Part shown: positions 38,965-51,599 of the stretch, piece by piece | Layout of the letters: the number at the start of each line of letters is the position of its first letter | How positions within the stretch are numbered: position 1 is the stretch's first letter | Source: Octopus bimaculoides | Lineage: Eukaryota | DNA: 64,000 nucleotides | Assembly (NCBI RefSeq): GCF_001194135.2 | Contig: NC_068985.1 | Coordinates: 21,128,490-21,192,489, forward strand | Direction: 5' to 3' | The notes under the pieces: generated by a model | Told to the model about the DNA's origin: nothing | What the model saw: the letters and a program-made list of their open reading frames with translations, nothing else | Database searches by the model: none | Translations under genes and position numbers: made by a program

Positions 38965-40655
38965 GGCTATTTCCTATGTATATTTTGAATAATAAAAAGA
39001 ACTAAAAATAAAAAATAAAATTATTAAAAAAAAGTAAGAACAACCCAAAAANNNNNNNNNNNNNNNNNNNNNNNNNNNNNNNNNNNNNNNNNNNNNNNNN
39101 NNNNNNNNNNNNNNNNNNNNNNNNNNNNNNNNNNNNNNNNNNNNNNNNNNNNNNNNNNNNNNNNNNNNNNNNNNNNNNNNNNNNNNNNNNNNNNNNNNNN
39201 NNNNNNNNNNNNNNNNNNNNNNNNNNNNNNNNNNNNNNNNNNNNNNNNNNNNNNNNNNNNNNNNNNNNNNNNNNNNNNNNNNNNNNNNNNNNNNNNNNNN
39301 NNNNNNNNNNNNNNNNNNNNNNNNNNNNNNNNNNNNNNTGAATGTCGACGTTTGAAGACATTTGTAACTGAAGTTTAAAAAACATAGTAATTAGAAAGAG
39401 CGTAAGCTATAGCTTCTTTTTTTTTAATGCACAAAAAATTGAAATTATTTTTTTTCTGTGCCTCTGATTAAAATTTTTGAAAAACAAACCCAGCCACATT
39501 ACTTGGAAAAAAATAATCTTTATTGTGCTGGTTTTTCGTAAAATTTCGCGCATGGAAAAGGCAACAAAATCGCCCCTCCCCACTTTGAATGGGATATTCC
39601 TATCTTAAAAAGTAATAATCGATTATCTCGGTAACCATGGGAGTTGGAGGGCAATACAAAATCTTCTGTACATGAACGGACCATGCTGCCGCTCTGTGCT
39701 GAATTTCACGCGATTCCACTGCACCGTTCTCGAGTGAATCTGCCGACACTCAATCAAGCAATCAAGAACACTGCAATTTATAGTATAGAGAAGATGACTG
39801 TTATGCGATGCATTGTGCCTTTTCAAGATGCTCAGTTTTAGTGTTGGTTTATATATAAAAGTTATGCATTCTTAAAAAGCGTTTTGCTAAAATATCTAGG
39901 ATAAATATTAACGTTTATACTCAAATTATTAACTTCAGTGAGGTGGGGCGGTTAACAATTACGAAAGATACGTTTTCAATCTATTGGTCAAGGGAAATAA
40001 CTCTGCTTTTCTTGTAACAGTCGCTTTCCTTGCATTAAAAGAGAAACCATTTTCTGTTAATAATTCATGAGATGCTCACAGAACAGCTAGAATCCAAATA
40101 ACGAATCTATTTAATTCTCAATACGTTCAGGCAGATTTTAATGTAAACAACAATTGATATTTTTGTGAGTTGTAAATAAATTATACGTTTCTTACATAAT
40201 TTATTTAAGCAAGTGTGTTGAACTCTGAAAATATCAAAAGTTTACTATCAAATGAATAATTGATAATACATAGAATTTATTTGAAGACCTAGTCCCTTTG
40301 TTGCAATACCCTGGAAGTAGATTCCTGTTTTGCCAATATTTTTTAACATTTAGCCATAGACGTGATTTGAACTGACAAATATACTGTACAAATTTCACAA
40401 AATTCATGAGATGATGTAAACTTCTTTATTAATATTATTTTCATCCATTTTCCAGTTATCCATTTTGATGTGAACTGGATGGTCCGACATGTCAGTGGAC
40501 CACATTTTGCTCCAGTATCTCAGTTTTGGCATTGTTTCTCAAACCAGAATACATATAGATTCACTGACCCGTGGATTTAAATTGCAACATTTAAATGTTA
40601 AATTGAAACACTTAATACATAAACAGAACTCATATTCATTATGTTCTTGTTCCAG

Positions 40656-40666
40656 AGAACAATGAG
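40656..40666 (+). CDS. Candidate 11-nt microexon (AGAACAATGAG) containing an ATG
   Basis: ttatgttcttgttccag acceptor, GAG|GTAATA donor; phase 0 to 2 fits 46260 and gives MRFVYNNK. Confidence 0.25.
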
Positions 40667-40873
40667 GTAATAAAAATTAGGAAAATTAAGAACTTTAAAC
40701 CTTACTGTTTTTATGGTCTGAGGCCTAATGGTCATTCTCTCTTTGAAGTCATCTCATGAATAAAGCTACCACCAGAAGAGATCACAACTAAATAAACCAA
40801 GTCGCAGTAGTCACATTTGGTAGTATTGTGTATGTTGTTTGTAATGAACAGGAAAAAAGTTCTCAATACAAAA

Positions 40874-41725
40874 TCATCATCATCATCATCATCGTCGTTT
40901 AACGTCCACTTTCCATGCTAGCATGGGTTGGACGATTTGATTGAGGACTGTTGAAACCAGATGGCTACACCAGGCTCCAATCTGATTTGGCAGAGTTTCT
41001 ACAGCTGGATGCCCTTCCTAACGCCAACCACCCTGAGAGTGTAGTGGGTGCCTTTATGTGCCACTGGCACGAAGGCCAGTCAGGCAGTACTGGCAATGGC
41101 CACGCTCAAAATGGTGTATTTTACGTGCCACCTGCACAGGAGCCAGTTCGGCAGCGCTGGCAACGATTTCGCTCGATTTGTCTTTACACGTGCCAGGAAG
41201 GCGATNNNNNNNNNNNNNNNNNNNNNNNNNNNNNNNNNNNNNNNNNNNNNNNNNNNNNNNNNNNNNNNNNNNNNNNNNNNNNNNNNNNNNNNNNNNNNNN
41301 NNNNNNNNNNNNNNNNNNNNNNNNNNNNNNNNNNNNNNNNNNNNNNNNNNNNNNNNNNNNNNNNNNNNNNNNNNNNNNNNNNNNNNNNNNNNNNNNTTTC
41401 GCTTTCGTTTGCCCCAATATGTCTTCACAAGCTGAGTTTTGTTTCCAATGAAGGAGACGACGTTGGCATGGGTGCCAGTCATCGAATTTAATTCGATTTC
41501 GATTTCACTTGCCTCAACAGGTCTTCGCAAGCGGAGTTTAGTGTCCAATGAAGGAAGGTACGTATAAGTGGGCTGCTTGAGGCCTTCGATTTAGGTCTCA
41601 CTTGGCTTGCCTGGTCTTCTCATGCACAGCATATTTCCAAAGGTCTCGGTCAGAAGTCATCGCCTCGGTGAGGCCCAATGTTCGAAGGTCGTGCCTCACC
41701 ACCTCATCCCAGGTCTTCCTGGGCC
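40874..41725 (-). mobile_element. RTE LINE 3' fragment (ORF2 end plus 3' UTR), spanning a gap
   Basis: PRKTWDEVVRHDLRTLGLTEAMTSDRDLWKYAVHEKTRQAK*, then the UTR and (GAT)n tail. Confidence 0.9.
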
Positions 41726-42029
41726 TATTTAGTTAATGACCTTGTGTCACTACTCTGAGTTGTATGAATGTTTGACTTGTCAGACAGCAAGTACTGATCT
41801 GTACTGAGAAAAAATAAACATGGAAAACCAGCACCAGCACCATTACAATTTTATTAATTAACTCAGGTCATGTGAGTCACATACAAAGAGTTTATGGTTC
41901 CAGTTTCAGTCTCACCACGTGGCACCTTGGGTGAGTGTCTTCTACAATAGCCTCAAGCCGACCAAAGAATTATGAGTGGATTTGATAGACAGAAACTGAG
42001 AGAAGCCTATCGTTTTTCGGCAAGCCAAG

Positions 42030-42321
42030 TAAGATCGTTGCCAGTGCCCCTGGACTGGTTCTTGTGCGGGTGGCACATGAGATGCACCATTTTGAGCGTG
42101 GCCGTTGCCAGTACCGCCTGACTGGCTCCTGTAGGATTTTCGAGCGAGATCGTTGCCAGTGCCCCTGGACTGGCTTGTGCGGGTGGCACATAAAAGACAC
42201 CATTTCGAGCGTGGCCGTTTTCGTGCGGGTGACACGTAAAAGCACCCACTACACTCTCTGAGTGGTTGGCGTTAGGAAGGGCATCCAGCTGTAGAAACTC
42301 TGCCAAATCAGACTGGAGCCT
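42030..42321 (+). mobile_element. RTE LINE 3' UTR, following a SINE A head at 41860-42012
   Basis: Same sequence as 888-1162; runs into a gap. Confidence 0.8.
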
Positions 42322-42919
42322 NNNNNNNNNNNNNNNNNNNNNNNNNNNNNNNNNNNNNNNNNNNNNNNNNNNNNNNNNNNNNNNNNNNNNNNNNNNNNNN
42401 NNNNNNNNNNNNNNNNNNNNNNNNNNNNNNNNNNNNNNNNNNNNNNNNNNNNNNNNNNNNNNNNNNNNNNNNNNNNNNNNNNNNNNNNNNNNNNNNNNNN
42501 NNNNNNNNNNNNNNNNNNNNNNNNNNNNNNNNNNNNNNNNNNNNNNNNNNNNNNNNNNNNNNNNNNNNNNNNNNNNNNNNNNNNNNNNNNNNNNNNNNNN
42601 NNNNNNNNNNNNNNNNNNNNNNNNNNNNNNNNNNNNNNNNNNNNNNNNNNNNNNNNNNNNNNNNNNNNNNNNNNNNNNNNNNNNNNNNNNNNNNNNNNNN
42701 NNNNNNNNNNNNNNNNNNNNNNNNNNNNNNNNNNNNNNNNNNNNNNNNNNNNNNNNNNNNNNNNNNNNNNNNNNNNNNNNNNNNNNNNNNNNNNNNNNNN
42801 NNNNNNNNNNNNNNNNNNNNNNNNNNNNNNNNNNNNNNNNNNNNNNNNNNNNNNNNNNNNNNNNNNNNNNNNNNNNNNNNNNNNNNNNNNNNNNNNNNNN
42901 NNNNNNNNNNNNNNNNNNN

Positions 42920-42955
<36 letters not shown>

Positions 42956-43164
42956 TCCAAAAAAAATTAAGAAAAAAACAACAACGCAAAGACATGGTAC
43001 ATGCAAAGTATTAACAGACACTCAGGGAAGGAAAGAAAGGTAGTTTTACACTTTGAGCAAAGCTCTTCTTCAGAAACAGGAGACAGAGGAAAGCCCAAGA
43101 GAAAAGGAAGATGGAGGAAAACAATCACCAATGATCCACATGTAGTTATATTTTGAAATATATA

Positions 43165-43412
43165 CACACATACATATATATGTATATATATTTGTCTGTG
43201 TGTCTTTGTGACTGTGTTTGTCCCCCAACTACTGCTTGACAACCGATGTTGGTGTGTTTATGTCCTTGTAATTTAACAATTCAGCAAAAAAAACTGACAG
43301 AATAAGTAGTAGACTTACAAGAATAAGTCCTGGAGTCAAATTCTTCAACTAAAACCCTTTAATGTGGTGCTCCAGCATGGCCAGTCAAATAACTGAAAAG
43401 TGTAAAAGAATA
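43165..43412 (+). mobile_element. SINE family A 3' half
   Basis: ttgacaaccgatgttggtgtgttt...gtgctccagcatggcc. Confidence 0.75.
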
Positions 43413-43429
43413 GGCTTCACTTCCACACA

Positions 43430-43777
43430 TGCCAGCTTAATTTAATTCGTTCTTAGTTGAAAGACACCTGTTGTTTGTATTTGTAACTGTTTAACATTTC
43501 TCTGTTTTTTGGGGGGTTTTTTGTCCTTGTTTTCGTATACATTCGCTGGCTTTCTTCCAAGGAATCTAGTGCTCTTAGCTTAGATTTTCTTGGGACCATC
43601 CAGATTGGAGCAGTCTTGAATGTTACTGGCCAAAACTGCAAAGACGATATGGAACTCGGCTGAGGAGAGGAAGCTCCGAATGATCTGTTCTTGTTTTTTC
43701 CTGTACTTTTTTGTATTGTCTAACTGTCCGGATGTTCTGTTGTCGCCTGTTACGTTCTTGTTCCATTTTTTGTTTTC

Positions 43778-43790
<13 letters not shown>
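43430..43790 (-). mobile_element. Possible Penelope-like ORF N-terminal fragment
   Basis: K/R-rich broken frame KLRALDSLEESQRMYTKTRTKNPPK...YKQQVSF, near a PLE-like terminus at 42955-43140. Family assignment is tentative. Confidence 0.35.
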
Positions 43791-43815
<25 letters not shown>

Positions 43816-43959
43816 TGTTTGTTTTTTTTATGCTCAGTTATAATAAAAGTAATTTTACATTAATCTGATGGGTTACTGTTTAATTTTGAAAACATCGGAT
43901 ATGGCTTTTGTGATTATGATTGTGCCCGTAATGGTGGTGGTGTTTGTGGTGATAATGGT

Positions 43960-44039
43960 GGTACTTTTAATAAAATATCAACTCTCCCTAAATTTCTTTG
44001 TCTCTTTTTCTCTCCCTCTCTTTTTCTTTCTTTCTCTCC

Positions 44040-44078
<39 letters not shown>

Positions 44079-44528
44079 TCTCTCCCTCCCTCTCTCTCTC
44101 TCTCTTCGCCACCACACTCACTATCTCTACGCCTATTATTACTCTCACTCCAGCACAAGGAAGTGTCATTGAATAGTGAGAGAGGCAGTCAAAGTGTGAC
44201 ACAGAAATTAGTTTTTGCATTTATCATATTAGATGTTTAATTTTGGGGAAACTGTATTTCAATTAAAGTGTATTTTATGTGTGTGTGTGTGTGTGTGTAT
44301 GTATTAAAGAAAGCAAAAAAATAAAGCAAAAACGATAGTGTCCAGTAGTTGTTTCAATATGCTGACCACAGGAATTTCTGTCCAAGAAAGTTGTACATCT
44401 CCCTCTATCTCACACATACCCACTGTTTCTCTCTCTGTATTATTATTACTCCCATTGCCACCATCAACACTACTACTTTTAATAAAACATCATGAACTCT
44501 CCCTAAATTTCTGTCTCTCTTTTTCGAC

Positions 44529-44566
<38 letters not shown>

Positions 44567-44760
44567 TCCCCACTGCCCTCACTGTCTCTATGCCTACCTA
44601 CTATTACTCTCACCCCAGCATGAGGAAGTATCATTGAATAGTGAGGTGGAGGTCAAAGTGTGACACACTGACACACAGAAATTAGTTTTCGCATTTATTA
44701 TATTAGATATACATACATGTGTGTGTGTATATATATGTGTGTGTGTGTGCGTGTATATAT
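43960..44760. repeat. Diverged tandem duplication, period ~500 bp
   Basis: aactctccctaaatttct-(CT)n-...gtcaaagtgtgacac...agaaattagtttt.gcattt occurs twice. Confidence 0.85.
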
Positions 44761-46259
44761 ATAGAATCATTTAATGTTCATTTTCTACGCTAGAATCAGT
44801 TGATGTTTGACAGGACTGCATCAAGCTTCTATGTCAACCTTGGCATATTTTCGACAGCTGGATGCTCCTCAAAACACTAAGCACTTTACAACATGTACTG
44901 GGTACTTTTTCATGTCACCAACACAAGTAAGGTTGCCTAGTGACTTGCAAGACAAGAGAAGATAAAGAAAAAGCTGCCTCAACTGGGTGGGGGTGTATTT
45001 CACAGATAGGAAAGGTTTTGGGAAACTGCCAGGTTTTGGAAAAATGAAGTACAATAGAGAAACAAACACAGATTATTATAGAGGTGATACATGGCTAACC
45101 CACATTATATAAAGGTGGTTGGGCACACCTGGAAAGAAGATAGAGATGACAGTGACAAGATACCAGAGTACCTCAATGCAAACAGTTGATCAAGAAGGGG
45201 AGAGGGGTGGGAATAATTTCATAAGAGTGTCAGATGAGGGTAATAGAGGATTAGAGATGGGGGGGTGGAGATGAATGTAGTGGGTGATAAACAAGGATAG
45301 AGTTGTGGTTGATGGGAAATATCAGTATGGAGGGGTTAAGGTAAGGTGGGAAAGAGAAAGAGAGAGAGAGAGAGAAGCTACAAGAGAAAATAGGGGTATG
45401 ATGTGCAAGGTGATGTACAGTGACAGAGATGGAGGTTAGAGGTACTTAAGGGTGGCTATAGTGAGGTGAGGTGACAATGGTGGAAATATGTTAATGCCAG
45501 ATATGAGAGGTCATAGAAAATCATCATCATCATAATCATCATCCGTTAGCGTCCATTTTCCATACTGAGATGGGTTGAACCGTTTGACCAGAGCTGGCAA
45601 GCCAGAGAGCTGCCCCAGCTTCCAGTCTGATTTGTCTTGGTTTCTATCACTGGATGCTCTTCCTAATGCCAACCACTTTATAGAGTGTGTTGGGTGCTTT
45701 TAACATGGCTCCAGCATGACAGTAAATATGAGAGGTGCTAGAGACAAGATAAATTTCTGACTATTCTATGGCTCTTTAAGTTTCCATACCTTCCTTTTTC
45801 AGACTGACTTGTGTCTCTGTGTCCTTTTAGCTCTAAGTCTGAAGTCACAAACTACTAACCTATATGAGATACTATATTCTTCACCAAGGAAGAATTTTGC
45901 ATTTACAAGTCAATATGGTTTATATGTCCACCAAATTGATAGGCAATTAGGTGACTGACTAGTTTCCTGAAGTTAGTGTTAGGTATCAACGAGTCATTTC
46001 CATCTCAGAACTCAAGCAGCCATGTTCCTTCCTTATTTCTTGATCCATGTACAGCATGAAATCCATTGGAGTACTGTTTGACACGTCTGTTAAGTGTCCA
46101 GCTATGGCAATAGGCTCATTTTTATTTGTCCCCAAAGTAATCTGCAATGGGACTGTTCATCTGCCAGTCCAGCTCATGGAACAAAATGCAGAGTTGTCAC
46201 TGCTACATTATTCAAGTTTTGTTTCCATACCAGAAATTTCTTTTCTTATTCTATCACAG

Positions 46260-46310
46260 GTTCGTCTATAACAACAAGGTCATCAGCATAGAAGAGAAAC
46301 AGGGCAACTG
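46260..46310 (+). CDS. Internal coding exon of an unidentified gene (FVYNNKVISIEEKQGN), phase 2 to 2
   Basis: Acceptor tttcttttcttattctatcacag, donor CTG|GTAAGA. Only one frame is open; GC is higher than the flanks. Confidence 0.6.
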
Positions 46311-46444
46311 GTAAGAAATTTCTCTGTTATGGTCTGGAGGACAATGATAAATAAGAAGGAACTGAGAGTTAAACCCTGATGAATTCCTAGCATGCCTGTA
46401 CATGGCTTTTATGGCTCTCACCAGTCATTTCTCTACCCTTAGAT

Positions 46445-46720
46445 TCCTCAATGACCACCATATGAGGAGTGAGGGAATACGTCAAAGGTTTTCTCCATGT
46501 CAACAAATGCCATATACAGCAATTTATTCTTGGCTAAACACTTCTGAAGTTGCCTTAATAGAAATAGAGCATCAGTAGTGCTTCTTCCTGGCACAAAACT
46601 GGACCGTATCTCATTTAGGCTAATTTTCTTCCTGATTTTTGACTCCAATTTCTTCAATTTTATATTCACACACAATGAATACTCAGATATAAACCTGGAA
46701 GTATACAATAATGCTACCAG
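46445..46720 (-). mobile_element. RTE LINE RT fragment
   Basis: FVPGRSTTDALFLLRQLQK...LYMAFVDMEKTFD. Confidence 0.9.
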
Positions 46721-46835
46721 ATAGTATTGTATAATACTGTACTCTGCCACGTTCCTAACAGAATATACCATAACTATATATATATATTAATGATAATAAT
46801 AATATGACAGCAAAAGAATGAATGAGACATGCATA

Positions 46836-47727
46836 CAGCGGTTGATCAATAAGTATCCCGATTGTTGCCATAGTAATGAAGCTAAAGCACGCAGAGTAAA
46901 GCTGCTTGGCACAGTTTGACCTTGAACTTTGCTATGCATGCACACTAAGTTTTAACATTCGAGCTCACTTCCACTGTTTACAGCAGTTGTTGGAAGGAAG
47001 GAGGGAGTGTGTGATCATCGCATTGACCATGACAGAGAAAGTTGTCATAATGATACCTGCTCAGAGGCCTACGCAATGTTGCAGACAGTGTATGGAGAAG
47101 AGTGTATGAGCTGCATATAAGTGTATGAGTGGTTCAGACATTTCCAAGATGGCCAAAACAATGTCGATATTGGGGAACGTTCTGAGAGACCTGCAACCAG
47201 CAGAACTGAGAAAAACATTGCAGATGTGCATGCAGCTGAGGAAAAATTGTCAAATTACCATCCATGAGTTATCAAAGGATGTGCAGATTAGTTACAGTTC
47301 AGTTCAGTCCATCATCACTGAAGATTTGGGTGTGAGACAAGTGTCTGCCAAGTTTGTGCCAAAACTACTTTCAGCTGACCAAAAGGTCACTCGGGTTTCA
47401 GTTGCACAAAATCTCCTTGATTGTGTCAAGAACGATGAAAACATTTTGAAAACCTTGCAGAGGCCTCTGAGCAGGTATCACCAAGCTTTTGGCAAAATTT
47501 GATACAGATTCTCTGGTCAACTTTCTCTGTCACGGTCAATGTGATGATCACACACTACACACCTTCCTTCCAAGTATTGCTGTAAACAGCAGAAGTGAGC
47601 TAGAATGTTAAAATCTAATGTGCATGCATAGCAGTGTTCAAAGGGAATCTGAGCCAAGCAGCTCCACTCTACATGTTTTAGCTTCATTTCTATAGCAACA
47701 ATCTGGATACTTATTGATCACACCACG
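46836..47727 (+). mobile_element. Fold-back mariner derivative: right end is an inverted copy of the left ~235-270 bp
   Basis: Arms 46836-47070 and 47461-47727 are reverse complements (gatcaataagtatcc...cagaggcct). The centre encodes transposase N-terminal sequence (ITIHELSKDVQISYSSVQSIITEDLGVRQVSAKFVPKLLSADQK). Confidence 0.9.
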
Positions 47728-47739
47728 TGTGTGTATGTG

Positions 47740-47786
<47 letters not shown>

Positions 47787-48313
47787 NNNNNNNNNNNNNN
47801 NNNNNNNNNNNNNNNNNNNNNNNNNNNNNNNNNNNNNNNNNNNNNNNNNNNNNNNNNNNNNNNNNNNNNNNNNNNNNNNNNNNNNNNNNNNNNNNNNNNN
47901 NNNNNNNNNNNNNNNNNNNNNNNNNNNNNNNNNNNNNNNNNNNNNNNNNNNNNNNNNNNNNNNNNNNNNNNNNNNNNNNNNNNNNNNNNNNNNNNNNNNN
48001 NNNNNNNNNNNNNNNNNNNNNNNNNNNNNNNNNNNNNNNNNNNNNNNNNNNNNNNNNNNNNNNNNNNNNNNNNNNNNNNNNNNNNNNNNNNNNNNNNNNN
48101 NNNNNNNNNNNNNNNNNNNNNNNNNNNNNNNNNNNNNNNNNNNNNNNNNNNNNNNNNNNNNNNNNNNNNNNNNNNNNNNNNNNNNNNNNNNNNNNNNNNN
48201 NNNNNNNNNNNNNNNNNNNNNNNNNNNNNNNNNNNNNNNNNNNNNNNNNNNNNNNNNNNNNNNNNNNNNNNNNNNNNNNNNNNNNNNNNNNNNNNNNNNN
48301 NNNNNNNNNNNNN

Positions 48314-48394
<81 letters not shown>

Positions 48395-51036
48395 TCTCAC
48401 TCTCTCTCTCTCACTCTCTCCTCTCCCTTCTTCTCAAGTATGATGTTTTCATAAACAGGACTAACCAACTGCATGTCATCTCATTTCCATCTTTCTCCTG
48501 TTTACCATATCACCAATTCTATTCTGCTACTTTGCACTATCAGACATCCTCCACTTCCCCACTCACACCAGGCACCTCTGACCCCTCTCATTCTTACCCA
48601 CTTTGTACCTTGAAGGTCTACCATGACACCTCATCACCACTATTCTTATCATGTTCCAGACCCACCCAATCATCCCCACCCTCTCTTTCTAAAATGTGAG
48701 GAGTCATGTAGCTCTCTACAACAAGAAGAACTGTTCTTCTCTGACCCCGTCTCTCATAATTTAACCCCTCATTTCCAAGCATTAAGTTTCCCTACCTCAG
48801 GGTTTGTAGTCTTGTAAGCAGCATGGCAACCTCAATAGTGCTGGTGGCACAAAAATGTACACAATAAACAAAAGGATCTTCAAACGTTGGGCCTCACAGT
48901 AGGGATGACAGAGGACCAAGGCTCCTGGTGGTTTCCTGTGCTTGAGAAGACACATCAAGCTCAGTAAAAGTTGTCCTTGCATACAGGCATGTGCCCTGCA
49001 TACCTCTCCAGCTGAGTTCATGAATTTTGGTTCTTTTCTCTAAATTATATATTTATTTATATATATATACACACACACCATGATAGATCGCTAGCCACTA
49101 TACATTTTTTTTTTTCCTTGTTTTTTTCTGTGTTCCTCTCTGTGGAAGAGCATAGGCTCGNNNNNNNNNNNNNNNNNNNNNNNNNNNNNNNNNNNNNNNN
49201 NNNNNNNNNNNNNNNNNNNNNNNNNNNNNNNNNNNNNNNNNNNNNNNNNNNNNNNNNNNNNNNNNNNNNNNNNNNNNNNNNNNNNNNNNNNNNNNNNNNN
49301 NNNNNNNNNNNNNNNNNNNNNNNNNNNNNNNNNNNNNNNNNNNNNNNNNNNNNNNNNNNNNNNNNNNNNNNNNNNNNNNNNNNNNNNNNNNNNNNNNNNN
49401 NNNNNNNNNNNNNNNNNNNNNNNNNNNNNNNNNNNNNNNNNNNNNNNNNNNNNNNNNNNNNNNNNNNNNNNNNNNNNNNNNNNNNNNNNNNNNNNNNNNN
49501 NNNNNNNNNNNNNNNNNNNNNNNNNNNNNNNNNNNNNNNNNNNNNNNNNNNNNNNNNNNNNNNNNNNNNNNNNNNNNNNNNNNNNNNNNNNNNNNNNNNN
49601 NNNNNNNNNNNNNNNNNNNNNNNNNNNNNNNNNNNNNNNNNNNNNNNNNNNNNNNNNNNNNTATATATAGTGTAGTAAATAAAACGCACCATCCATGTCC
49701 TTATGACTGGTCTTTAAGACTGATAGAAGAAAAGGCAAGAATGAACCATAATACTATGATATGTGCAGTGGGAAGCAGCACATCAATTAAACATACTAGT
49801 TCTTAAGTTCTGTCCTAAACTGCTTCTTATTTAACAATCTCTTATATTTCATTAGCCTTCCATCAGATTTCATATGGTTTAGCACTTAATATTCTCTTTT
49901 GAAACTATTTCAGATAACAAAGGAATTTGTATGAATTATATATTCACTCAAGTCTTGATTAATTAGTGTCTCTAACTTTACCATTACCTATTGCAATACC
50001 TTTACCATCTTTTTTTAAGAGCACCAGATTACCTGGAGGTTTTCTCAGATTTCCTTTTTTCTGACTTCTGTGGATACATTATACCATAAGTCTAAACTTC
50101 TTACTTGGCCTCTCTTCATTCCATTCACAGTCCTTATTTAACAGCTGTGCTTACATGCTATGTTTGCTCATTATCACTAATTTTCAGCCTACCAGTGTTA
50201 TTGTGCTGGAATTTTTCTCATGTTTTATCATAGTTTGCAATCACCATCTGTTTTGACGTTCTGAATGCATCATATTTTTCAGCTCTGCTTTTTAACACAT
50301 TCATACATCTCACATACTTGTCCTTTTTTTTTCTTTTTTCCTTGCTTCAAAGACTACTTTTCCACCTTTATATCTATTCTCAGGATATTAAATTTTAATT
50401 TTTTTTTATATTCTTTCTTTTTCCTTTTCTTGTCTTGACAAAAAGCATCACAACATTTCACTACCATGTTGATAAGATGCATTTTTTTTTTCAGTGGTTA
50501 CTACAAAGAAAATTTCATTCACTCTTGTGAACTGTCATAAACTTTACAAACAATAACATACTTCAAATAACTGACTTTATTTTCTTTATATTCTTTCACA
50601 CACAATATGGATGATATCCTATGCTAAAATTTAAATTGCCTTAACTGAAAAAGTGAAATCATTTTCATAGTTATTCAATTTACTTTAAAATTCTATCCAA
50701 CTGCTTAATTGCTGATTAACAAAAGTAATTCTTTGAGTTGTTTGAAGCTTTTCAGCTTTAAAATATAGAGAACAACCAATTGCGTATGACCTACTTACTG
50801 TGGATTGAAGATTTGTCCAAGTAGGTTACTGATACCATGTGTTCTCAATCATTCTGTTCAATCCTGTCTGCAACATGGTATGCTTAGATATTGTAACCAA
50901 CCAAATTCTGTGAACCAATACACCCAATGGGATTCAATCTCAACTAGAGTCAATTTACTCACTTTATCTTGCAGTGATTAATTGTGTAGGGAGGATTATA
51001 ATAGTATACACCCATTCTATTGATTTCACTTCCCAG

Positions 51037-51074
51037 CCTGTTTTGGTTTGACTGGTGGTTGAAGAAAAAGCAAG
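51037..51074 (+). CDS. Internal coding exon (LFWFDWWLKKKQ), phase 2 to 1
   Basis: Acceptor ttctattgatttcacttcccag, consensus donor AAG|GTGAGT. The only open frame is phase-compatible with 46260-46310. Confidence 0.6.
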
Positions 51075-51533
51075 GTGAGTTCAACCATTATGGGTTGGTT
51101 TTGATTCCTTGAAATTCACCCATGTACAATCAAAGTCTAGATGGATGCCATTGCAGCCTTCTTGGCTTTTACTGCTGGCATGGAGAGGGGAGGCCGGTAT
51201 GCATGGGCGACTGCTGGTCTTCCATAAACAACCTTGCCCGGACTTGTGCCTGGGAGGATAACTTTCTAGGTGCAATCCCATGGTCAGTCATGACCGAAGG
51301 GGGTCTCAACAACTTCATATACTCCTATATACTCCAATTTTACTTTATGCTACTTCAATTTTTCTTTATATTCAATTTTTATTTTTCAAAGGATTTCTCA
51401 AATTTTTCATCAATGTGCTAACTTAAAATACACACATTTGTAGTAGCTGTAACAAAACGCCAACATTGTTGTCTATCTTATCTTTTGCTCAGCCTAAATT
51501 TGACAATTTTTTGTTTCCTTTTTTCTGGAACAG

Positions 51534-51571
51534 TGTTGGAGAACATGAAGATTAAAACTGTAATTGAGTAA
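51534..51571 (+). CDS. Candidate next exon (VLENMKIKTVIE*), donor position uncertain
   Basis: Long pyrimidine tract ttttttgtttccttttttctggaacag; phase 1 start fits. Possible donors after 51559 or 51567, otherwise stop at 51569-51571. Confidence 0.3.
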
Positions 51572-51599
51572 AAGCTGAGCCGGAGGACTGACAGCCATC

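Noticed and set aside
39620-39845. Short ORFs on both strands in a CpG-rich patch
   Set aside because: No splice or homology support; could be UTR or promoter, but this cannot be called from sequence.
41048-49738. Long ORFs (150-320 aa) in the supplied track
   Set aside because: They are open only because they cross N gaps and dinucleotide repeats.
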